From: Octopus sinensis
Lineage: Eukaryota
NCBI RefSeq assembly: GCF_006345805.1
Contig: NC_043006.1
Span: 58,528,001 to 58,592,000 of the forward strand
Direction: 5' to 3'
Length of the DNA stretch: 64,000 nucleotides
The translations under genes and the position numbers were made by a program. This document shows, piece after piece, positions 38,126 to 49,320 of this stretch. The stretch's first letter is position 1; every line of letters starts with the position of its first letter. Under the pieces are notes generated by a model, which ran no database searches, was not told the DNA's origin, and worked only from the letters and a program-made list of their open reading frames with translations.

Positions 38126-38815
38126 TTCTGTCCATTATCGGACCTGCGTTCTTTTAATTTGTTTGTTTGTGTGCAAGTGTGTGCATCAATGTGCATGTGT
38201 ATACACATATGTATGTATGTATGTATGATTGTATGTATGCATGTATGTATGTGTGTATGTATGTATATGTGTGTGCATGTATGCATATATATATAGGTAT
38301 GCGTGTGTGTACATTTGTATGTATGTATTCTGCATATTCATGTGTTTGTGTGTTCATGTCTGTGTGTGTGTGTATCTGTGTATGTACCTCTGTCTCCTTG
38401 TGTGTATGCGTTTGAGTGTGTCTGTATGTGGATTTGTGTGACTATGTATGTGTCTGGTATGTATGGATGTCTGTCTCCAGATATGCTTGTGTGTGTGTGT
38501 GTGGTCATGTGTTTCTATCTCCTTTTGTGTATATGTGTGTGTGTGTGTGTGGTCATGTGTTTCTATCTCCTTTTGTGTATATGTGTGTGTATGTGTGTGT
38601 GTGTGTGTGTGTGTGGTTGTCTATCTGTATTACCTATATATCTATCTACATATCTGTCTGTTTACCTACCTACGTATATATATATATTCGCCTATATAAC
38701 AGCCTACTAACAAATCTAGCTGTGTATGTATAAACTGTGGGTATTGGGGGTATCACTACCTTCTACATGTACACACGTGCGCACACACATACACACACAC
38801 ACACAGTGAAATCAC

Positions 38816-39130
38816 ATGGCTCAGTGGTTAGAGCATCGAGTTCACAATCATGAGGTTGTGAGTTCAATTCTCAAACCGGGTTGTGTGCTGTGTTCTTGAG
38901 CAAGACACTTTATTTCATGTTGCTCCAGTTCACTCAGCTGTAGAAGTAAGTTGTGACACCACTGGTGCTGGACTATATCAGCCTTTGCCTTTCCCTTGGA
39001 TAACATCGGTGGTGTGAAGACGGGAGGCTGATATGCATGGGCAATTGCTAGCCTTCTATAAACAAACTTGCCCAGACTTGTGCCTCGGAGAGTAACCTTC
39101 TTGGTTCAATCTCATCATCATTCATGACTG
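38816..39130 (+). mobile_element. tRNA-derived SINE family F (CTTGAGCAAGACAC core)
   Basis: A box TGGCTCAGTGG and B box GAGTTCAATTC; related copy at about 20795-20912(-). Confidence 0.65.
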
Positions 39131-39156
39131 GAGGGGATCTTTAGCCTTTATATATA

Positions 39157-39662
39157 CCGTAAATCCTCGAGTATAATCCGCACTTTTTTCCCAAAATTTA
39201 AAGGTCAAAATCCCTAGTGCGTACTATATATGAGGTTAAAAATGAAAATTATTTTCTAAGCAATGTCCGAGTCTCTATTTGGTGTCTGGCAATGTTTATT
39301 CAGACGCATTTTGTGATACGAAAATACCTTAAGCTAAGCCTGAAAGCAATGAAGTCATAAAAGGATCATCCATAACTTGCAGTAAGCAACATTTATTAAA
39401 CGTTATTACTGTTATTTCTTTATTTTCTGCAAACAAAATGCACAAAAAAAGCTACACATTTGCATTATGTAATATATACAATAATAATAAAGGACGTTAC
39501 CGTATACATTTTTACAAACCAGAGACATTATATAGACCTCCTTGACTCAAGTTAGAGAAGGGGTGCTTATTATACACAAGGTTTAGGTTTTTCAAAAGTA
39601 CAGCCCCCTAAAAATCCTCTGCGTATTATACTCAAGGGCGAACTATACTCGAGGATTTACGG
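39157..39662. mobile_element. Tc1/mariner-superfamily (pogo-like) MITE, 506 bp
   Basis: Perfect 19-bp TIR CCGTAAATCCTCGAGTATA with TA on both sides. Confidence 0.9.
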
Positions 39663-39681
39663 TATACATATACAACTTTTA

Positions 39682-40012
39682 TCTTCTACTTGTTTCAGTC
39701 ATTAGGCTGCTAGGGCACTGCCTTGGAGAATCTTTAGTAGAATGAATTGACCCAAATAATTTTGTTTTATTCAGCCTGGTACTTATCATGTAAATCTCTT
39801 TTGCTGAACTACACCAGTTGTCAAGCAGTGGTGAGGGACAAACACAGACGCAAAGACACATGCACATAGATGTGTGTGTGTGTGTGAGAGAGAGACGGGC
39901 TTCTTTCAGTTTCTACCAAATCCACTCACAAAGCTTTGGTCAGCCCAAGGATATAGTAGGCAAAAGTTGGCCAAGGTTTCATATAGTGGGACTGAACCTG
40001 GAACCATGTGGC
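39682..40012 (-). mobile_element. SINE family A (diverged)
   Basis: Match to the family. Confidence 0.7.
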
Positions 40013-40147
40013 TGATTCCGGGTTTATATAATAATATAAATAATATATAAATATATGTGCATATGTACATACAATAATATAATAATATTATAATAATAAT
40101 ATGATAATAATATAATTACGTGTTTCCAAGTAACGTAATATATATAT

Positions 40148-40354
40148 TGTGACCGCGTGTGTACCGTTGGCGATTTTTTTTCTCCGTCTTCCCTTCTCTG
40201 GATCTTTCCTTTTCCTATGTTTCTGACGAAGAGCTCCGCTCGAAACGTTAAATCTTCCTTCTTCCCTTCCTTCCTGAGTGTCCAACAATACTATATTTGT
40301 TCCACGTACTCACGTTGTTGTGTTTTCTCTTTGTGTTTTCATGTTTGGATTAAC
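40148..40354 (+). mobile_element. Penelope-like short element carrying a hammerhead motif, (TA)n tail
   Basis: Hammerhead motif followed by TTCCTGAGTG, a T-rich run and (TA)n; embedded in AT microsatellite. Confidence 0.5.
40219..40253 (+). ncRNA. Minimal type I hammerhead ribozyme motif (intronic, sense to the aquaporin)
   Basis: gttt-CTGACGA-A-GAGC tcc GCTC-GAAA-CG-T-T-aaat. Intact core, palindromic ACGT stem III, one extra A after A9. Confidence 0.7.
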
Positions 40355-40717
40355 TATATATATATATATATATATGTATGCACACACACACACATATATT
40401 ACATATTATATATTTATGTATGTATGCATCTACACATATTTATATATACATATCATCATCATCATCATCTCACAGTCACTTTTTCCATGTTCATAGAATT
40501 TGTTGAGGTGGATATTCTACAGCCAGACACCCTTCCTGTCACTAACCATTGCGTGTTTCCATGTAATGTAATATTTCTCTGAAGCAAGCATGTTTCTCAT
40601 GAAAGATTGGATATGAAGGACGCCACTTACGTGACAGTGCTCATTTACAACTATCACACGATGACAAACCAAGGAGACAATAATACACACACATACACAA
40701 ATGTATATACATATATA

Positions 40718-40845
40718 TGGCAGGCTTCTTTCAGTCTCTCAAATCTACTTACAAAGCTTTGGTTGGCCCATGGCTACAGCAGAAGACACCTGGCCAAGGT
40801 GTCACACAGTAAGACTGAACTCAGAACTATGTGACTGGGAGGCAA
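40718..40845 (-). mobile_element. SINE family A, 5' half (diverged)
   Basis: Match to the family. Confidence 0.6.
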
Positions 40846-40974
40846 AATTCTGAGGAGTGGGGGTCGTGTGTGTACACTTGTTTGTGTTTCTTTATCTTGA
40901 CATGGCTTAGTAATTGTAAACAGCTATCACCATAAAAGTGACATCATTTGTTTCCAGTCATCAGTCATGGAAAA

Positions 40975-41180
40975 TATTGGTTTCAAATTTTGGCACAAGG
41001 CCAGCAATTTGGAGGAAAGGAGTAGGACAATTACATTGAACTCAGTGTTCAACTTGTGCTTATTTTATCAATCTTGAAAGGATGAAAGGCAAAGTCAACC
41101 CTGACAGCATTTGAACTCAGAATGAAAAGTCAGACAAAATACTGCTAGGGCATTTTTTGTCAATTCTACCAGCCCACTGT
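40975..41180 (-). mobile_element. SINE family B (diverged)
   Basis: GGATGAAAGGCAAAGTCAAC core. Confidence 0.7.
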
Positions 41181-41407
41181 TTTGGCCATGGGAAATATTG
41201 CTTAGAAACAGGCAAAGTTTGGCCACAGAAAGAACATTTCACCACAGAAAATCTACCTCAAAAATATTTTTAAAATAATTTTTGATCCATACAAGCAGGA
41301 AAAAGTAAATATTAAAATGATGATATAAAAATAACAAACAAAATGACAGACACAAAATTTTCTGGGAACTTTCCCTTCTTCTACTCAAGTGTCAGCTTAC
41401 CCCTATC

Positions 41408-41628
41408 ATTGACTCCACTCCAAACTCAACTCTATTGCTGCTTTGACTTCACTCTAGCCTTGACTCCACTCTTACCATTATTCCAGTCCAGCCTCGACTC
41501 CACTTCAGCTTTGACTCCAGTTCAATCTTGACTCCACTCCAGCCTTGACTCCACTGCAACCTTGACTCTATTCCAGCCTTGTCTCTATGCCAGCCTTGAC
41601 TCCACTCCAACCTTGACTCCACTCCTAT
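41408..41628. repeat. 17-bp minisatellite (CTTGACTCCACTCCAGC)n
   Basis: About a dozen degenerate copies, with six consecutive clean units near 41528-41628. Confidence 0.85.
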
Positions 41629-42010
41629 CTTGGTTGCTCTTATTATATTGCTGTTCTGATCTGGAAGAGAAGTAATGCTTGTCGCCCCTGTAGGTCTTCC
41701 AAAGCCCATGATATTGACACATTTTGTATTCCTCTTGATTACAATAAAAAATGGTCAGGAAAGGGATTTCTAGAGAGCCGACATTTTGAGGAGGACAAAC
41801 TGGATAAAGTAGGTAGCATAGGACCTGAAAATAGACACAATATGGCTGCTAAAAGGATAAGAAATAAATAAGTTAGGTTTCTCTGAATTAGAGTAACATT
41901 AGACCAGCCAGCTCTGAGGAGCAGACACAAAGTGGTCATGTAAAAAAGATGAAAGGAAAGGTGACATCATGTTTGTGAATCAGAGGTTGGAATGTGTTGG
42001 GGAATGTGTT

Positions 42011-42881
42011 GGGGACGCATCCTTTCCACAAGAAGCGGAAGAGAATGCGTTCTAGTTTGGTGATGGTAGGGTCGGGACAAGGTACGACGGTCAGGCGGTA
42101 GTAGATGATGGATGCGATGTACGTGTTCGCCACCTCCGCCCAACCTTTTAGGGACAGTTTCCTCTCAGTTTCCTACTCGTTATCTCATTCCAGTTCTTCT
42201 CCATTTGGAGGTCCAGACCGAACCAGACCCCGAGCAACTCAACCGGGCTGTCTGTCCAGCGTCCCACGACGGAGGTACTGGTGGACGGCATGGGCTTGCT
42301 TCTCCAGGTGCCGAGCCACAAGCCCACTGACTTTTCCCGGTTGATTTTTGCTCCTGTCACTGCTTCGTAGTCTTTCAGTGTCTCGCCGACCAGCTTGATA
42401 AGCACGTGGCTTGACACTATGACGGTGACGTCGTCCGCATATGCAGACATGCTCGTCCCGCATCCCAATTCTCGCGGGATGCCCCTCAGAGTCGCCAGCT
42501 TCCGCAGTAGTGGCTCAAGAGTCAATACGTATAGAAGCGCCGAGAGGGGGCATCCCTGACGGACCGAACGTGCAATGTCGAGAGGTCTCGATAGATGTCC
42601 ATTTACACGAATTACCGAACGGATGCCTCTGTACAAGGCAGCTATCCAGCCACGAAAGACGGGACCGAAACCAGCCGCTCTCGGGACTGCCTCCAAGTAT
42701 CGATGGTCTACCCTATCGAAGGCTTTCGATTGATCCAAGTTGATCAGGGCCCCACCCATGCCAGGTTCCTTAACTACTCTATCTATGATGTAGCGCATCA
42801 GATGGAGGTTGTCATGGATGCTCCGGCCCGGCATGGCACACGTTTGTGTGTTGTCGACCAAGACGTCTCCAAACAAGTCTG

Positions 42882-42885
<4 letters not shown>
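42011..42885 (-). mobile_element. L1/Tx1-clade LINE reverse-transcriptase fragment
   Basis: QTCAMPGRSIHDNL, LDQSKAFDRVDH, VRQGCPLSALLY, SAYADDVT and KLERILFRFLW. Confidence 0.92.
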
Positions 42886-42888
<3 letters not shown>

Positions 42889-42949
<61 letters not shown>

Positions 42950-42970
42950 GAATGGGTGAATGGACAGATG

Positions 42971-43004
<34 letters not shown>
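42889..43004. repeat. (GATA)n / (GACA)n microsatellite
   Basis: Directly visible; abuts the 5' end of the Tx1-like RT fragment. Confidence 0.95.
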
Positions 43005-43329
43005 TTGATGAGTGACTAGGTTGATAGGTAAATAGATAAGTTGCTATATATCTTCATAGGTATGGGTGTATGTACTGTATGAGTGTATAAAATTACTTGA
43101 GAAAGAAATGAGAAGCACACACGAAAAAGTAGGTTATACAGAAATAATGAGGTATCAGGTTCGGTCAATTAAAGTGATAATGTTTTTAGCTATCTTCGAG
43201 AATATTCTCCAATTAAACTACAAAATAGTGAGAAACAATATTAATCCATTAAAGAAAAGTACATTAACAAGGAGAAATGTAAATAGGAATGTGTATGTAT
43301 GTGTGTATGTAAATATATATATCAAAACC

Positions 43330-43712
43330 TACCACTCACTGCGCCACGGAAGACGCTGCCAGCTACCACCAATCAACAAAAAGGCTGGCCAGGCAGCAAA
43401 AACCCTGCGAGAGTCAAGTCTGTTGGTTCGAGGAGCACAACTATTCAACTCCATTCCAGTACATGTCAGAAATCTATCAGGATGCAGTGTGGAATCATTC
43501 AAATTGCAGTTGGATAGATACTTAAGCACCATTAGAGATGAACCCCATCTCCCAGGATATACACAATGAGCACAAACTGACTCAAACTCGCTCCTACACA
43601 TGTCAAAATTAAACAGAGAATACAACCTGGCAACCACACCAGACTCTGAGGGTGGAGTCTTCGACTTGGCCTGAGCATGGACTCAAACTCAAATGAAATG
43701 AAATGAAATGAA

Positions 43713-43713
<1 letters not shown>
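43330..43713 (+). mobile_element. 3' end of a CR1/L2-group LINE with (AAATG)n tail
   Basis: TLRESSLLVRGAQLFNSIP...FKLQLDRYLSTIRDEP is a typical ORF2 C-terminus; a short-repeat tail follows. Confidence 0.7.
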
Positions 43714-43743
<30 letters not shown>

Positions 43744-43798
43744 TCCGAGTAACAGCTTTTGTTAAATTTCTGCTGCTTTTAAATAAAGTATATATATA

Positions 43799-43958
43799 GG
43801 TGCAGGAGTGACTGTGTGGTAAGTAACTTTCTTACCAGCCACATGGTTCCAGGTTCATTCCCACTGCATAGCACCTTGGGCAAGTGTCTTCTACTGTAGA
43901 CTCAGGCCGACCAAAGCTTTATGACTAGATTTGGTAGATGGAAACTGAAAGAAGCCAG

Positions 43959-44024
<66 letters not shown>

Positions 44025-44177
44025 ACGCAACTGATGCTGGTGTGTTTATGTCACCATAACTTAGTGGTTCAGAAATAAGTACTAGGCTTACAAAGAATAA
44101 GTCCTGGGGTTGATTTGCTCAACTAAAGGCAGTGCCCCTGCATGGCTGCAGTTAAATGACTGAAACAGGTAAAAGAA
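43799..44177 (+). mobile_element. SINE family A, full length
   Basis: Match to the family. Confidence 0.85.
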
Positions 44178-45813
44178 TGCAAGAATATGTATGTTTGTAT
44201 GTATGTATGTATGTAAATATATATATGTGTGTGTATATGTATATATATAATATATATATATATATACATGCATGCATGTTTGAGCATGTCTGCATATGAG
44301 TAAAGATATATATGTTTATGTGTGCATGTAAATATGCATGTTTATATGTATGTATGTGTGTATATGTATATATATATACATACATACATGCATGTTTGTG
44401 CATGTGTGCATATGAGTAAATATATATGTGTGTATGTGTATGTAAATATGTATGTATGTACATATCATCACCATCATCATTGTCATCACCATTTTAATAG
44501 AATTTATTTGGTCTAAGGTTATAGTATAAGACATGTACCCCAGGTGCTGTGCAACGGGACTGAACCTGAGACCACATGGTTGGGAAGCAAGCTTGTTATT
44601 AACTACACAGCCATGCCTGTATTGTAGGTCAGTAAAAAAAATTTCAAATAGTATTGTTCGTAAACTGTTCACACCTTAACGTACTTCTTGTCATTTGACA
44701 AGTCACATCTCATTTTTTATTTGCTCTTTAAGCTGGTTACATTCCAGCAATTCCAATCAGTTCTGTTAATTAAACATATATTTTATGTTACTAAGTGTGA
44801 AAGTCATATTGAATAAGACACGTTAACAATCATGTTCTGAGCTGCTTTGGTGGAGATAACCAATCAGTGAAGTGTCAAGTAATCAGTACACCTCTTACCA
44901 CATCTTACTTTATAGGTCTAATTGATTGAGTCCACAAGTAAATTATAACATTTGTTTCCAGACAGGAAGGAAAAACCAAACCTTTGCCAAAGATTGACGC
45001 TCCATTTGCAAATTGTTGGCAATAGTTAATCAAAGTTTATATCACAATGGATTGTCAGAATCACAAATGGTGGTCTAATTGTACTGATTAGATAAAATGC
45101 ATTATGGTATTTAGTTTCATGTCTTTAGGTTGTGAGTTCAAATCTTGCTGTGCTCAGCTTTGTCGTCCATTCTTCCAAAGCTGGTGAAATAAAGTTCCAT
45201 TCAAGTAAACAAGGGTCAGTTTAACTATGAATGCAGTTGTAGTTGTGTAATTCAGATGTTTGTTTCTCAACCAAGTGGTTTTAGGTTCAGTCCCATTTTG
45301 TGGCACCTTGAACAAGTATTTTTTTATTGTCCTGGGCCAACCAAAGCCTTGTGAATGGATTAGGTTAACAGATAATGAAAGAAACCTCAGTATGCAGTGA
45401 CCATTTAATTGAGATACATTTGCTCTTCTCTCTCCATTTTTTCTCTCCTCATCTATTTTTTTCTGTGGAAGATCATACACTCAAAATATAAAAGACTTCT
45501 AATTTTCCTTAGCTTAGACCTAATATACTTTGTTTGTTTCTCACCTCATCCTCATGTATTCAATTTCTGTCTCATGTACATGTCTGTGTGTGTGTGTGTG
45601 TGGTGTGTGTGTGTGTGTGTGTGTGCACATGTGTGTGTGTGTGTGCACATATGTGTGTGTGTATGTATATATATATATATATATATAAAACTTACTTGGA
45701 AAAGGATGTGTGGCATTTGATCACATAATAATATAAATAATATATAAATATATGTATATATACATACATATATGCACACACATACATATATATGCATATA
45801 TACATGCATATAT

Positions 45814-46060
45814 GGGTATAGGACATCAAAAAAACGTAGAACACAAGAGAAACAAAAACATAAAAACAAAAACATAGAAACGAACTTTTTTTCGAACAAC
45901 AAAAAAAAACAGAGAAACAAGATATGCAACATAAAGAATATTCCCCTTCTTCCATTGTCCCTGTTTCATCTACTCTGTGTTTCAAAGGCAAGGACAAGAT
46001 GCGGCTTCGTTGAAACAGTCCTTCCCACAAAGCAAATTAAATAAGATTTGGGATTTTTTT
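45814..46060 (-). repeat. Short (TA)n-tailed dispersed repeat, same family as 18581-18746
   Basis: Reverse complement is homologous to 18581-18746. Confidence 0.6.
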
Positions 46061-46276
46061 GCAGAGAGTGAAAGTGGTAACAAGAACAGGACAGTGAGAA
46101 CAAAACAGTAAAAACAAACGGTGAGGACTGTTAAGCCAAGACGATAGAAAAATTATTATGAACGTTAGGAAGACGAGCTTATGAAGGAGACAGTATAAGC
46201 ACACTTTATCTTTAAGAAGGTAGTGGGCAGAAAGATAGATTCTCTTTCGTCATGTGTCAGCGACGAGAGAGTCGAG

Positions 46277-46322
<46 letters not shown>

Positions 46323-46331
46323 GTACATACA

Positions 46332-47953
46332 CACTACTATCCAAAAGTTTTAAATCACCTACAAAAGTTTATTTCAAAGTGGAATTTTTAGTTCAATGTC
46401 ATTGATTTAGATAAATTTTTAGTATAAAAAAATGGAATAACATATTGCATAAAGTTTGGGGTTTATTCAATACGGAATAACACTATTTATACATATTTAT
46501 AAGCAAATAATCATATTTCTTGACAGCAAGTCTATATGAGAATGTTGTCAAAATCATTTTAGCATCCACTTTCTGGCAACATTGCAATACATTTTGATTA
46601 ATTTACAATCGTTATGTGCTGTCAGTTGAGATAACATCACCTAATGACTGTGTTAAATGTGTTATTGTTTCTTTCAGGTTCAATTATTAAAAATAAGTAA
46701 AGTTAGTGAAATTCCTAAAAATCAACCTAAATGTGAGCAAAGCCAATAATTTATCACCTGAAAAGAGACAAAGCATTATCACATTATGTGGCGAAGGCTA
46801 TAGTTTTTGAGAAATAGCCAAAAAAGTTAAAGTTTCATTCATTGCCATCCACTCCGTCATTGAAAGGTATAATGAAACAAGAAAAAATAACAACAGAGCT
46901 TATTCAAGTTGTCCAAAAGTGACTTCTAAATCTCAGGATAAGTTCATCAGAGTCACCAGCCTTTGAAACAGGCACCTGACACTAAATGAAATCGCTGCAC
47001 AAGTAAGTGAAGTCAGTGAAGCCAACATGTCTCCTACAACTGTGGGGAGAAGACTCATTGCTGCCAATCTAAATGGCCATTGCACTGCCAGAAAACCACT
47101 GCTTCAACCAATGAATAAGCGTAAGAAACTCAAATGGGCCAGAAAACAACAAACCTGGACCATTGATCAATGGAAACGAGTCCTTTGGACTGATGAATCA
47201 AAGTTTGAAATCTTCGGATCCCGGCATAGAATTTATGTGAGGCAAAGAATTGGTGAACAGATGACTCCTGAGTGTATAGTTCCAACTGTAAAGCGTGGTA
47301 GGAGAAATGTGATGATCTGGAGGTGTTTTGCAGGCAATAGTGTTGGGGATATTCATCGGGTAACAGGAATATTGAACCAAAACGTGTATCACTCTATCCA
47401 CCAGCATCATGCTTTTCTATCTGGGACGAGACTGATTGGTGATAATTTTGTGCTGATACAAGACAATGATCCTAAACATACTTCTATGCAAAAGCTATTC
47501 ACAGAAGAAAATGGATGAAAAAAAAGTTGAGTGTAATTGAATCGCAAGCCCAATCTCCCAGTTGTAATCCCATTGGAATTGTGTGGGATGAATTGGATCA
47601 CAGAGTTAAAAAAAAATGACAGCCAAAAAGTGCAGAAACCCTCTGGAAATTCTTACAAGAAGAGTGGCAAAATGTTAACAACGAATGTTTGCTTTCATTG
47701 GTCAAAAGAATGACAAGAGTATGCTTGGCAGTGATGAAGGACAAGGGCAGATATTTCAATGAGTCTAAGATTTAGGTGTAGGAGTGGCTGTGTGGTAAGT
47801 AGCTTGCTTACAAACCACATGGTTCCGGGTTCAGTCCCACTGCATGGCACCTTGGGCAAGTGTCTTCTACTATAGCCTCGGACTGACCAAAGCCTTGTGA
47901 GTGGATTTGGTAGATGGAAACTGAAAGAAGCCTGTCGTATATATGTATATATA

Positions 47954-47993
<40 letters not shown>

Positions 47994-48320
47994 TTGTGTG
48001 TCTGTGTCCCCCCAACATCACTTGACAACCGATGCTGGTGTGTTTACGTACCCGTAACTTAGCGGTTCGGCAAAAGAGACCGATAGAATAAGTACTAGGC
48101 TTACAAAGAATAAGTCCTAGGGTCAATTTGCTTGACTAAAGGTGGTGCTCCAGCATGGCCACAGTCACCCAACTGAAACGAGTAAAAGAGTAAAGAGATT
48201 TTCTCTGATTTTTCAGTTTTGTTTAGTTACTGAATTTAACTATGCATTAATAACATATTTCCATTAGTAGATGTCTTTTCAAAATAAGTTTAGGTGATCT
48301 TCAACTTTTGGATTGTAGTG
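46332..48320 (+). mobile_element. Tc1-like (DD34E) transposon, degenerate, with a SINE inserted after the transposase
   Basis: TIRs CACTAC(T/A)ATCCAAAAGTT...ATCACCTA and a right-hand TA. ORF motifs ARKPLL, WKRVLWTDESKF, VMIWRCF and QDNDPKHTS. Confidence 0.92.
47775..48196 (+). mobile_element. SINE family A nested in the Tc1 element
   Basis: Full-length match; lies inside the Tc1 TIRs. Confidence 0.88.
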
Positions 48321-48504
48321 TATATATTTGATTAGGTGCATACACATATTTATGTAGATATATAATACACAATAAGTCCCTTTCTTTGGAGAACATTTTA
48401 TGATGGTGAAATTGTTAGAAATCATTCTCGTCTTGTAATCCACAAATACAGAGACCCCATTTCATGAACTGGAGGATCGTGGTTTCGATTCCCAGGCCGG
48501 GTGT

Positions 48505-48692
48505 TGTGTGCCGGTGGCACGTAAAAAGCACCCACAACACACTCTCGGAGTGGTTGGCGTTTGGAAGGGCATCCAGCTGTAGAAACTCTGCCAGATCAGA
48601 TTGGAGCCTGGCACAGCTATCTGGTTTGCCACTCTCCAGTCAAATCATCCAACCCATGCTAGCATGGAAAGCAGATGTTAAACGATGATGAT
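48505..48692 (+). mobile_element. SINE family E
   Basis: Same module on the plus strand. Confidence 0.8.
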
Positions 48693-48732
48693 GTACGTAT
48701 GTGTATGTGTGTGTGTGTATACATATAGACAA

Positions 48733-48918
48733 CGGGGTTCTGAAAAGTTCCTGGCTTTAAGGGTGTCACAAAAGGCCTGGTTGGAGGCCCAACATTCTGA
48801 GTTCTTTTACAGGACTTACAAAAACTGAAGGACCACTATAGTAAGTGTATGAATCTGAGAGGGAATTCTTCCTGTATTTTCTTTTACCCAAAGTCAGAAA
48901 CTTTTCAGCAAACCCTTG
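48733..48918 (+). mobile_element. Mariner-derived MITE (~186 bp)
   Basis: Inverted ends GGGTT.CTGAAAAGTT.CTG.CTTT and AAAGTCAGAAACTTTTCAGCAAACCC; internal remnant of a transposase C-terminus. Confidence 0.7.
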
Positions 48919-48921
48919 TAT

Positions 48922-49320
48922 ATCATCATCATCATCATCATTTAGTGTCCGCTTTCCATGCTAGCATGGGTTGGACGGTTCAACAGGGGTCTGGGAAGCC
49001 AGAAGGCTGCACCAGGCCCAGTCTGATCTGGCAATGTTTCTACGGTTGGATGCCCTTCCTAACGCCAACCACTCCGTGAGTGTAGTGGGTGCTTTTTACG
49101 TGCCACTGGCACAGGTGCCAGACGGGGCTGGCAAACGGCCATGGTCGGATGGTGCTTTTTATGTGCCACTGGCACAGGGGCCAGGCAAGGCTGGCAACGG
49201 CCATGATCAGATGGTGCTTTTTACATGCCACCGGCACGGAGGCCCGTCGGGGCGGCGCTGGCAACGGCCACATTCAGATGGTTCGCTTGCGTGCCACCGG
49301 CACTGGTATCACAGCCACAA
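48922..49320 (-). mobile_element. SINE family E with internal ~50-bp tandem repeats
   Basis: Repeated GGATGGTGCTTTTTA(C/T)GTGCCACCGGCAC. Confidence 0.8.

Noticed and set aside
47190-47215. CTGATGA...GAAA hammerhead look-alike
   Set aside because: It is the TDESKFE coding motif of the Tc1 transposase, and no stem II forms.
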